Virus record (IMG/VR): IMGVR_UViG_3300021437_000025
Location: 1 to 55,205 of that record
DNA length: 55,205 bases
Strand: one strand, 5' to 3'
From: a virus
Lineage: Duplodnaviria > Caudoviricetes
The notes under the pieces are model-generated. The model was given only the letters and a program-made list of their open reading frames with translations, was not told where the DNA came from and made no database searches. The translations under genes were made by a program, and so were the position numbers. Each line of letters begins with the position of its first letter. Position 1 is the stretch's first letter. Below, one piece after another: positions 1 through 7,630 of the stretch.

Positions 1-5
1 GATCT

Positions 6-136
6 ATCAAGCCAAGCAGCAGATCGTCAGCGCCATAGCAGGAGGCCGTACCGACTTGCTCGGCGTCGTCAAGATCGACGAAGCCGCCATCTGCAAACTC
101 GCAAAAGCGTTGAAATCAGCAATGAGTGTCCCCGGT
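6..136. repeat. Terminal direct repeat, left copy (circular assembly overlap)
   Basis: 6..131 is identical to 55075..55200; after one mismatch (132 vs 55201) CGGT also matches. The ORF starting at 54345 reads in frame across the join to TAA at 179-181. Confidence 0.95.
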
Positions 137-228
137 TACGTCGCCGTCAACCGTCCCATCGAAGCCGGGTCCCGCCGTTAAGGAGGCACGGTGAGCAAAA
201 GACGATAAGCAGGAGGAGACATCCGCAG

Positions 229-777
229 GTGAAAAAATGGACTGAAGAGCGCGTCGCCTACGCAGTCGCCAGATGTATATTTCCGTGGCGAAGATATGTC
301 GTCGTCCCTAATGTATATTGGGGACTGCTCCCACACGAAGCCGACCTCGCCGTGTTGTCGGACGCCGGCTGGTTGTCGGAAGTCGAGATCAAGATCAGAG
401 TCTCAGACTTCCGGAATGACGCCAAGAAAGCCAAGCATAAATCGCCCGGCCTCTCCGTGCGCGGAGACTGCATCACCGATTTTTATTACGCCATGCCTGC
501 CGATATATGGGCAAAGTCAAATCCGGAATGGCTGCTGCTTGGCGCGGGATTGATCACGGTCGAAGCCAATCACACTTTTCCAGAACACGACATGGCCAAG
601 GTCGTACAAAAACCGATGGCGAGACCGACTGCGCGCAAACTTTCCGAAGCCGAAAGACTGCAACTAATCAGGCTTGGCTATCTCCGATATTGGAGCCGAC
701 GCGAAACCGCGGAAAACATGATCGCCGCAGCCTACGAAGGTGCCGCCGTAATCGCCAGATCGGCGGCAATGCCATGA
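229..777 (+). CDS. PD-(D/E)XK-type nuclease-like protein (MmcB-like)
   Basis: HEADL...EVEIK..SDF..D motif; RBS AGGAGG upstream of the GTG start. Confidence 0.6.
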   Translation: MKKWTEERVAYAVARCIFPWRRYVVVPNVYWGLLPHEADLAVLSDAGWLSEVEIKIRVSDFRNDAKKAKHKSPGLSVRGDCITDFYYAMPADIWAKSNPEWLLLGAGLITVEANHTFPEHDMAKVVQKPMARPTARKLSEAERLQLIRLGYLRYWSRRETAENMIAAAYEGAAVIARSAAMP

Positions 778-801
778 CGACATCAGAGGGAACGTTCGCC
801 A

Positions 802-1608
802 ATGGGCGATAAAACCGGCATCGCACGGTGTGACGCCACTTGGAATCCTGTGAGCGGCTGCAGTGCCGAGCGCGTTTTCCCACGCGCCTATAATATAAAA
901 TTGCATCTTGAACGACTCCACCAACCGCTGCATTGGCGAAAACCGCGTCGCATCTTCGTCAAATCCGATCTGTTCAATGATGCTGTACCTGCGGGCTTCA
1001 TAGAAAAAATTTTCCGCGTGATGGAACAGGCAAAGCACCACACTTTTCAGGTGCTCACAAAACGTCCTGCGCGCATGTTTGAATACATGACGCGATATGA
1101 CAAGGAAAAAATTGGACCGCCTCCGAAAGTCTGGCTCGGTATAAGCTGCGAGGACCAGGTCACTGCCGATGAACGCATCCCATTGCTGCTACAGACACCG
1201 GCTGCCGTGCGCTTCATCAGCGCCGAGCCGCTGCTTGGGCCGATTGATTTAACTCGACTCAGACCGGAAGGATTGACATGGCAGGACGCACTCACAGGAC
1301 GTGTTCATGCTGGACCAGGTGTATGGGGAAGGGAACATAAACTCGACTGGGTCATCGCCGGCGGCGAGAGCGGCCCCAATGCGCGACCTTCGCACACAGA
1401 CTGGTTCATCAGCCTGCGTAACCAATGCATAGCTGCGCAAGTGCAGTTCTTTTTTAAACAATGGGGCGAATATCTAGGCGCAGGTCAGGATGGCGATCCC
1501 AATCATAGGCCGTTTCACGTCAATTCCAGCGATGCACCAATCCGCATCGGCAAAAAAGCCGCCGGTCGCCTGCTAGACGGCCGCGAGTGGAACGAGTTTC
1601 CAAGCTGA
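802..1608 (+). CDS. DUF5131 / phage Gp37-Gp68 family protein (Cys cluster apparently deleted)
   Basis: TWNPVSGC, HTFQVLTKRP, RFISAEPLLGP, DWVIAGGESGP.ARP, FFFKQWG and GRLLDGREWNEFP motifs. Confidence 0.9.
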   Translation: MGDKTGIARCDATWNPVSGCSAERVFPRAYNIKLHLERLHQPLHWRKPRRIFVKSDLFNDAVPAGFIEKIFRVMEQAKHHTFQVLTKRPARMFEYMTRYDKEKIGPPPKVWLGISCEDQVTADERIPLLLQTPAAVRFISAEPLLGPIDLTRLRPEGLTWQDALTGRVHAGPGVWGREHKLDWVIAGGESGPNARPSHTDWFISLRNQCIAAQVQFFFKQWGEYLGAGQDGDPNHRPFHVNSSDAPIRIGKKAAGRLLDGREWNEFPS

Positions 1609-1633
1609 AAAATAGACACCGTTCGAGTGCAGC

Positions 1634-1834
1634 ATGAAAGATATCGCCACCAAACCAACCCATGACTATTCTGACAATCTGGAAGAGTTGGCATGGCTTT
1701 TTAATCAGGCCGTCAATCGCGGTTACAATAATCTCAATGAACTGTTGGCCAAGAATCCAGGTTTTTATATATATCTTGCAATTTTATGGCGGCGTTATAA
1801 CCCATACAAATTAAATGATGGAGATACGAAATGA
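1634..1834 (+). CDS. hypothetical protein (AT-rich)
   Basis: ORF in the operon, coupled by ATGA overlap to the next gene. Confidence 0.55.
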   Translation: MKDIATKPTHDYSDNLEELAWLFNQAVNRGYNNLNELLAKNPGFYIYLAILWRRYNPYKLNDGDTK

Positions 1835-2181
1835 CGATAAAGTTCTATGGCCATGTAGAAAAGATAGCTTGCGGACGCAGAAATAAAGTTTTGCTCACTT
1901 TGTACGCGTCAACGGAGGTTTGCACATCAAATCCGATCCTAATTGAAGTTACAAAAGGTGAAGCAGAGTTATATCGTCCAGGTGTGAAGGTCGAATTTAC
2001 GATTGATAGGATGATTGAAGGCATAAAGGATGGGATGGAGAGGGCACTAGAAATCTTAATTAAAGCATGGCCGCGTGCACATAATTATGCCAGTGATAAT
2101 GCCTATATTTATCATGCACAAGATGCGGTCAGAGAAAAAATTATACAAGCAATAAGAGCCGAGGCCGAGAAGATTAACTGA
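1831..2181 (+). CDS. hypothetical protein (AT-rich)
   Basis: 116-aa ORF with GGAG RBS and ATGA overlap. Confidence 0.6.
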   Translation: MTIKFYGHVEKIACGRRNKVLLTLYASTEVCTSNPILIEVTKGEAELYRPGVKVEFTIDRMIEGIKDGMERALEILIKAWPRAHNYASDNAYIYHAQDAVREKIIQAIRAEAEKIN

Positions 2182-2273
2182 TGAACACCAGCGTCATCGC
2201 CGCCACCGGCCCGGATGTAAGTGCTACGGCGATCATCATTCAAAATGAGCCGGATGCATTCTGAGCATTTTCC

Positions 2274-2495
2274 ATGACACATCAGCCCGCTGATACATGC
2301 CGGCATTGCCATCAGCTCCTAACGCGCCGTAGAGCGTGGCAGAAGTTCTGCTCCGCTGACTGCCGGCGGGGATATAACCGCGCCGCACTACAGAAAGAAG
2401 CAGCCGAGGCCCTTGAAATAGTTGAGGCCATTGAAGGCAGACTGGGGCGGGCCTGGCTCAAGGCGTTGAAGGACACACTATGCAAGGCGGCGTAG
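2274..2495 (+). CDS. small Cys-rich putative zinc-binding protein
   Basis: CxxC...FCSxxC pattern common in small phage proteins. Confidence 0.6.
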   Translation: MTHQPADTCRHCHQLLTRRRAWQKFCSADCRRGYNRAALQKEAAEALEIVEAIEGRLGRAWLKALKDTLCKAA

Positions 2496-2776
2496 AGCCA
2501 AAATGCCTACCGTTGGTGGAAGCCGCGGCATTCGTGAGAGTCGAGGTTGACGACTTCCGGCGGCTTGCCCCATCCTACGGCATCCGCCCGTTCAAGTTTA
2601 TGGGCGTGGACATGTACAGACTGGCAGACATCGAGGCGGCGCTCAATCACGCATGGCAACAATATACCAGCGAGGCCGGATATGGTGGCTCAACGACGCG
2701 GGCCGGAGGTCGAGCCTTCACACTGCTTCCGAGGCCGAAGCCCAGGCGGCGCTCGTCACCAGCATCCATGTCCTGA
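2480..2776 (+). CDS. putative excisionase / winged-helix DNA-binding protein
   Basis: EAAAFV...MYRLADIEA resembles a MerR/AlpA-like helix-turn-helix; it overlaps the integrase start, the usual xis position. Confidence 0.55.
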   Translation: MQGGVEPKCLPLVEAAAFVRVEVDDFRRLAPSYGIRPFKFMGVDMYRLADIEAALNHAWQQYTSEAGYGGSTTRAGGRAFTLLPRPKPRRRSSPASMS

Positions 2777-3609
2777 CCGGCACAGCCGCCGGGCCGCTGT
2801 TCTCTCTGTGGGCTGTGGAATACTGCCAGTGGCACTCGCAGGAATACCCTGATTCATATTTCCGCACCGAGCAGGCAATTCGCTCGCACTTAATGCCGTT
2901 TTTCGGTGGCCTTCCCATCGGCTCGATCACACGCCAACACCTTGAAATCTACAAACATATGCGGCTTGCCGCCGGCGCCGCACCAGCCACCGTCATCAAG
3001 GAAATGCGTGTTTTACAGGCATCCATCAACAAGGCTGTGGCATGGGAAGTCATCCCGCGCAACCGTGCCGCTGGCGTCGATCCGCCGCGCAACTTAAACA
3101 GCCGGCCGCCGCGCTGGTACACTAGGTCAGAGCTGTCCGCGATCTACAATGCCGATCAGTTACACGCACACATTTGGCGGCTGTACGCGAACACTGGGAT
3201 GCGACGCATGGAGGGACTGCACTTGCGCCGGCCGGACGTGGGCAAAGAAGTTATCAAAATCGTGAGTGAGACTGACGCTCGCACCAAGTCTGCAAAGTAT
3301 CGGATCGTGCCGATCACACCAGGGGCACGGATTGCATTGGAGGGACTGCGAAGTGACAGTCAGTACGTGATGCCGCAACTCGCGCCGGAAAGCCTATCGC
3401 GCGCCTTTTCACAGACACTTGATAACTGCGGGCTGGATGGTTCGCTGCACTGCCTGCGGCATACCTACGGCTCGCATCTTGTCATGGCTGGCGTGCCATT
3501 GCGCACAATACAGGTTCTGATGGGACACTCAACAGTGCGCGTCACCGAGCAATACGCACACGTTGATGAGTCCCACCTGATCAGCAAAGCGTCGCTGCTT
3601 TCACTGTGA
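2653..3609 (+). CDS. int: tyrosine integrase
   Basis: TGMRR, HCLRHTYGSHL and LMGHS..VTEQY give the R-H-x-x-R-H-Y catalytic set; adjacent to a tRNA fragment. Confidence 0.97.
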   Translation: MATIYQRGRIWWLNDAGRRSSLHTASEAEAQAALVTSIHVLTGTAAGPLFSLWAVEYCQWHSQEYPDSYFRTEQAIRSHLMPFFGGLPIGSITRQHLEIYKHMRLAAGAAPATVIKEMRVLQASINKAVAWEVIPRNRAAGVDPPRNLNSRPPRWYTRSELSAIYNADQLHAHIWRLYANTGMRRMEGLHLRRPDVGKEVIKIVSETDARTKSAKYRIVPITPGARIALEGLRSDSQYVMPQLAPESLSRAFSQTLDNCGLDGSLHCLRHTYGSHLVMAGVPLRTIQVLMGHSTVRVTEQYAHVDESHLISKASLLSL

Positions 3610-3661
3610 TATTGAATCGCACAGCACAGTGCGGAGATATTTCACTCAACCTATTGATTAC

Positions 3662-3709
3662 TGGCGTCCCCAGCGGGAGTCGAACCCGCGTTACCGCCGT
3701 GAAAGGGCG
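3662..3709 (-). other. attP identity block = 3' half of tRNA-Glu(UUC)
   Basis: Minus strand reads CGCCCTTTCACGGCGGTAACGCGGGTTCGACTCCCGCTGGGGACGCCA: TTC anticodon loop, T-arm and CCA end; the 5' half is absent. Located about 50 bp from the end of int. Confidence 0.92.
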
Positions 3710-3866
3710 CATAATGTTATAAATTAAACAATTAGTTACGACGTTTTAACATCACAATTTGACACAGTGAAAATGACTGTTGATGGTGCTTCGATGCCCA
3801 CTATTTTGCAAAAGTGTGGGCAATTTATAGTCAGCATGAGGCGTACCCGTTTCCACGGACACGTGG

Positions 3867-4730
3867 TTAAGAAACAACCGCCCGCTCTTCATAGCGCACC
3901 GGGCTCACATAGTCGAGCGTTTCGTGCAGCCGTTGCCGGTTGTAGAACGCCTCGATCCACTCGAAGAGTGTACTTCTCGCTTCGTTTCGGGTCTTGAAAT
4001 CGTGATCCCAGATGAGTTCATTTTTAAGGCCCGAGAAGAAGCTCTCGGCGCAAGCGTTGTCGTAGCAGTCGCCCTTGCGGCTCATGCTCGGAAGCATGCG
4101 GTAGGCCTTGAGGATTGCCCGGTAAGCGGCGCTCGCGTACACGATGCCCTGGTCGGTGTGGTGGATAAGGCCGGGTCCCGGTTGCCTTCGTTCGATCGCC
4201 ATCACCAAGGCGTCCGTGGCGAGCTGCCGGTTGTGGCGCTCACTCATGGCCCAACCGACGACCCGGCGCGAGTAGAGATCGAGCAGCACAGCCAGGTAGA
4301 GCCAGCCTTCGCGGGTCGGGATAAAGGTGATATCGCCCACCCACACCCGGTCCGGGACGCCCACGGCGAACTGTCGATCCAGCAGATTCGGGGCCGTGGG
4401 CTCGCTGTTGCGAGCGGCATAGGCGAACCGAAAGCGGCGCCGACGGCGGGCTTCGATGCCGTGAAGCCGTCGCAGCCGTGCCACCCGGTTGTGGCCGCAA
4501 CGGATACCTTGGTCTGTGAGTGCGCGCCAGGATTTCACGATCCCATAGGCCTCGCGGGAACGGACATGGATCTCGCGAATGCGCGTGAGCAAGCACCGGT
4601 TCCGCTGCACACGACCGCTCTCGGGCCTGTTCTTCCAGCCGTAATAGCCGCTCCGGGACACCTGTAACGCCCGGCACATCGCCGTCACGCGGTGCTCGGC
4701 TTCGTGGTCGTCGATGAACCGGTATCTCAC
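3867..4730 (-). CDS. IS3 transposase OrfB (DDE/rve domain)
   Basis: WVGDITFIPT, HHTDQG and CYDNACAESFF..LK motifs. Confidence 0.95.
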   Translation of the reverse strand: MRYRFIDDHEAEHRVTAMCRALQVSRSGYYGWKNRPESGRVQRNRCLLTRIREIHVRSREAYGIVKSWRALTDQGIRCGHNRVARLRRLHGIEARRRRRFRFAYAARNSEPTAPNLLDRQFAVGVPDRVWVGDITFIPTREGWLYLAVLLDLYSRRVVGWAMSERHNRQLATDALVMAIERRQPGPGLIHHTDQGIVYASAAYRAILKAYRMLPSMSRKGDCYDNACAESFFSGLKNELIWDHDFKTRNEARSTLFEWIEAFYNRQRLHETLDYVSPVRYEERAVVS

Positions 4731-4982
4731 GACGACTCTCTCGCGAAGTACTGCGCGGCCTTTTTTAAAATGACGTTCTCCTCCTTGAGGCGCGTGTTCT
4801 CGCGCTTGAGCACAGCGATCCCGGCCTCACGCCCGCTGCGACGCCCGTGGCCGGGAAACACGCCGTCCTTACCCTTGGCCTGCAACTGTTCCTGCCACTT
4901 GTAGAGCTGGTTGCGCCGGATACCGAGCTCTCGGGCGACCTCGGCCGCGGGTTTGCCAGAGGTCTCCAGCAGACGGACCGCC
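4727..4982 (-). pseudogene. IS3 OrfA, 5'-truncated, with A6G -1 frameshift motif
   Basis: Reads AVRLLETSGKPAAEVARELGI...LKEENVILKKAAQYFARESS*; slippery AAAAAAG at 4770-4776 on the minus strand. Confidence 0.85.
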
Positions 4983-4999
4983 GTGAAATCTGGGATGCC

Positions 5000-5383
5000 T
5001 CAGAAATTCTTGTAATCCCACACATGAATTGTACATGCCTGTCTAGCCAGGCGCTGAAATTCACCATTGTGCTCTACGCCGCTGACGCACGTTCCTGCGG
5101 CGTCTTGTTTAATGTGTATCATTTCATGTGCCATTACCGCAAGGAGCGTCTGTAGCGTTCCCACGCTGGCGCTGGATACGCGAATGGTGTGGTCACAATA
5201 ATCCGCCAGCTTTTGATGAGTTCCGATGACATGAAACTCTATGTCGTCTGAGTGCGGCAGATTCCAGCGTTTAAACGGTGGCGTAGTTCGGAGCAGATCA
5301 TACACTGCTGCCAACATTTCAGGGGTGATGTGGAGCATAATCTGCGTACTCAACGGGGATGTTGTGCGCGGTGGCATGTTCAA
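5000..5383 (-). CDS. SprT-like zinc metalloprotease
   Basis: MAHEMIH (HExxH) followed by HNGEF. Confidence 0.7.
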   Translation of the reverse strand: MNMPPRTTSPLSTQIMLHITPEMLAAVYDLLRTTPPFKRWNLPHSDDIEFHVIGTHQKLADYCDHTIRVSSASVGTLQTLLAVMAHEMIHIKQDAAGTCVSGVEHNGEFQRLARQACTIHVWDYKNF

Positions 5384-5669
5384 TTTCTGTCTTAAGGCCG
5401 CGCGAACTCTCCCACCCAGGCAATCTTAGAACGAGGAGTTTTTCAGCCAATGACAGAATGTTTAAATCCTGGTGCATCCAGAAATCATGATCCATGAGAA
5501 AGGCATCATCGAGATAGGCAGCGATTGGATGCGTGTGGGATATAGGGGAAAAGATGCGCTGTCCTTGCGACATGAGACGTGCAGCGAATTCATTGACCAT
5601 TTGGAAACGTAGCGCACGGACGGCTGCGCTGTGGTGGCTGTAAGGACAGCCGAGATAGATGTAGCTCAT
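5319..5669 (-). CDS. DUF1937 family (nucleoside deoxyribosyltransferase-like fold)
   Basis: IYLGCPYS...FSPISHTH...LPGWESSRGL..E motifs. Confidence 0.8.
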   Translation of the reverse strand: MSYIYLGCPYSHHSAAVRALRFQMVNEFAARLMSQGQRIFSPISHTHPIAAYLDDAFLMDHDFWMHQDLNILSLAEKLLVLRLPGWESSRGLKTEIEHATAHNIPVEYADYAPHHP

Positions 5670-6064
5670 TCATCCATCTCCGCCAGAGCTTCACCATAAT
5701 GTTTGTTCCATTCCTGTTCAGCCGCTGATCGTGCGATCACGCGATCTTGTGATGCGCAGTAATTTGCATCATCAATAATCGCCCTGCGCGCACGTTCCTC
5801 ATGCACCATATCCACTGTGCCGTAATAACCCGCACCATCGGTACAGGTGTCGCGTTTATGCTGTCCTGCCTCGCGGCTGCCTTTGATGCCACAAGCCATG
5901 AACAGGCCGATGAACTCAGGTTTAAACGGTACATCAATACCATAGGCCCTTTTAGTCAGTGCACGGAGAATATCGGCACTGCACTGGAAATCATCGAGCG
6001 GATGGCCGTAAGAATCCTGGCGGTCGCCATTAACCAGCTTATTTGCATTTTCAAGTATATTCAT
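5666..6064 (-). CDS. DUF6378-like phage protein
   Basis: ILENA..LVNGDRQ.SYGHP.DDF and K.SR..H.RD..D.AGY motifs; start placed at the ATG after a GGAG RBS. Confidence 0.75.
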   Translation of the reverse strand: MNILENANKLVNGDRQDSYGHPLDDFQCSADILRALTKRAYGIDVPFKPEFIGLFMACGIKGSREAGQHKRDTCTDGAGYYGTVDMVHEERARRAIIDDANYCASQDRVIARSAAEQEWNKHYGEALAEMDE

Positions 6065-6338
6065 CAATGTCTCCATTGCGTGCCCTTGCGCGATCTTCAT
6101 GAGGGTTCATGAGTCTGCGCTCTATTTCGTGCGCGGCGTCATGTAACACTGCTATTGCATGGGAGAGGGAGGCGTATGACCAGCCTTGTTCAGGTTTGAG
6201 TGCGCCAGTTACCAAACGGGTTACACAGTAATTAACAGCGCCATAGTTCCTCTCTATTGGCGCTGATTTCAATGTAGTGATGAGCGCTTCCAAATCATCA
6301 TCAAACTGCTCCCTGTCATGTGTGGTGATGTATGGCAT
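6051..6338 (-). CDS. conserved phage protein (DUF6899-like)
   Basis: MPYI...R, G.VNY..TRL and E..RR...P.ED.....NGD motifs. Confidence 0.7.
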   Translation of the reverse strand: MPYITTHDREQFDDDLEALITTLKSAPIERNYGAVNYCVTRLVTGALKPEQGWSYASLSHAIAVLHDAAHEIERRLMNPHEDRARARNGDIDEYT

Positions 6339-6341
6339 TGG

Positions 6342-7457
6342 TCACGCTGCTTTCCTTTTGCGCAGGAAAGTCAGGTAATCTGTCGCTTCCTGCACATCCG
6401 GGAACAGGCGCATGCGTCCTGGAAGTGTGGGTGCCATAGGATTGCAGATTGCCGTGATCGATGCGCCGTATGCCTGAGCATCATGACCGAGGGCGGTCTG
6501 ATATGGGTCGAGATACTTGTAACCTCTGGCGCGCGCCAGCCAGTAAACATGGCCACGAGACGCGGATTCTTCCTCATGGAGTGCCCAGTTGTGCAGGTGT
6601 CCGCAAATATAAAGCGCGGCGGCCTCTTTCATCCGTGCAGCTTTTTGCGGGCCGTGCAGGGTGTTCCACATCGAATGACCCTCGAAATTATGCCGAACCC
6701 AAATTGGATAGGTGACGCCATTCGGCGTCTCTACGATGAATCGTGCCTCGTCATTCATCACCGGTACGCGCTCGCCCACGATTTCCTTGATGGTTTCGAT
6801 GAAGAAATTCCAGCCGTCGTGGTTGCCCATGACATGACATAGCCATTTGATGCCACTATCGCACAGGAACCATTTCAACAATTTTTTCGCAGTCGAACGC
6901 GATTGATCAGAATCAGCATAAAGGCGCATCAGACGCCCTACCCAGTTGTCCGTAAGATCGCCCACATTGATCCCGTACATGCCTGGCGTGGATGCGACGA
7001 TTTTTGAGTGTTCACGCAGCAACGTAATATTGCAGCCATTTGAATCAAGATGTGGATCGCCGAAATTGTTCAGGCCGAAAGGTAGATTATCCGGCATTTT
7101 GATGCGGAACCATCGCTCGGACTTCGCGCGCGCTATACGTTTTTCAAAGCGCCGGCACATGAAGTCCACCAGTTCATCGACAGGCAGATCATCTTCTGGG
7201 AACACTGGTAGTTCGGGCTTGGGTTCGTGGTGAGAAATTGGATCAGGATCGGTATGTTCGGCAACTGTCAAGCCGTAATACAGGCGCGCGCCTTCAAGTC
7301 TCGTTTGCAATGTGTTGCGTCCTATTCCAAGCGCATTGGCCGCCATGTTATACGCCGATGGCATGCCGCCCTTTTGATAGCCTTTTTCGTAGGCTTGCTT
7401 GAGGGCAGCGCAGGTTTGTTCAGCGCACTTGCGGGTGAGTTTTGGGTTGGACATCAT
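6342..7457 (-). CDS. calcineurin-like metallophosphoesterase with N-terminal HTH
   Basis: GDPH, GDLTD, GNHD and GHLH motifs; N-terminal AANALGIGRNTL helix-turn-helix. Confidence 0.85.
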   Translation of the reverse strand: MMSNPKLTRKCAEQTCAALKQAYEKGYQKGGMPSAYNMAANALGIGRNTLQTRLEGARLYYGLTVAEHTDPDPISHHEPKPELPVFPEDDLPVDELVDFMCRRFEKRIARAKSERWFRIKMPDNLPFGLNNFGDPHLDSNGCNITLLREHSKIVASTPGMYGINVGDLTDNWVGRLMRLYADSDQSRSTAKKLLKWFLCDSGIKWLCHVMGNHDGWNFFIETIKEIVGERVPVMNDEARFIVETPNGVTYPIWVRHNFEGHSMWNTLHGPQKAARMKEAAALYICGHLHNWALHEEESASRGHVYWLARARGYKYLDPYQTALGHDAQAYGASITAICNPMAPTLPGRMRLFPDVQEATDYLTFLRKRKAA

Positions 7458-7559
7458 GGATTACCATGAAGATTTGTGCTTTTGGCAGGATTTGACATTT
7501 GTGATTTCCCATTTTCAATGACACCAACGGGCAGCGCCACATGAACTTATGATGATTGA

Positions 7560-7630
7560 TGGCGCCTGTGGGGATTGAACCCACGCCTTCGCGGCCTTGA
7601 GCCGTGCGTGCGACGTTACACTAAGGCGCC
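7560..7630 (-). tRNA. non-canonical tRNA or tRNA-like RNA, anticodon CAA, short variable arm
   Basis: Acceptor stem GGCGCCT/AGGCGCC with A73, T8-A9, D-stem GTGT/GCAC, anticodon arm CACGG-CTCAAGG-CCGCG (one mismatch), T-arm GTGGG-TTCAATC-CCCAC; no encoded CCA. Confidence 0.7.

Larger units (their letters stand above)
3837..4982 (-). mobile_element. IS3-family insertion sequence, left end truncated
   Basis: IS3-like terminal repeat TGAGGCGTACCCGTTTCCACGGACAC at 3837; intact OrfB; OrfA lacks its start and no second IR is present. Confidence 0.93.

Noticed and set aside
3662-3709. Functional tRNA-Glu gene
   Set aside because: Only the 3' half is present; the D-arm and 5' acceptor strand are missing, as expected for attP.
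4765-5067. 100-aa ORF as IS3 OrfA
   Set aside because: Wrong frame; the real OrfA remnant is in another frame and has no start codon.
7594-7604. Reading the tRNA loop as UCA (opal suppressor or selenocysteine) and a recoded genome
   Set aside because: The stem register places U33 before CAA, there is no long Sec-type arm, and TGA serves as a normal stop in many coupled genes.
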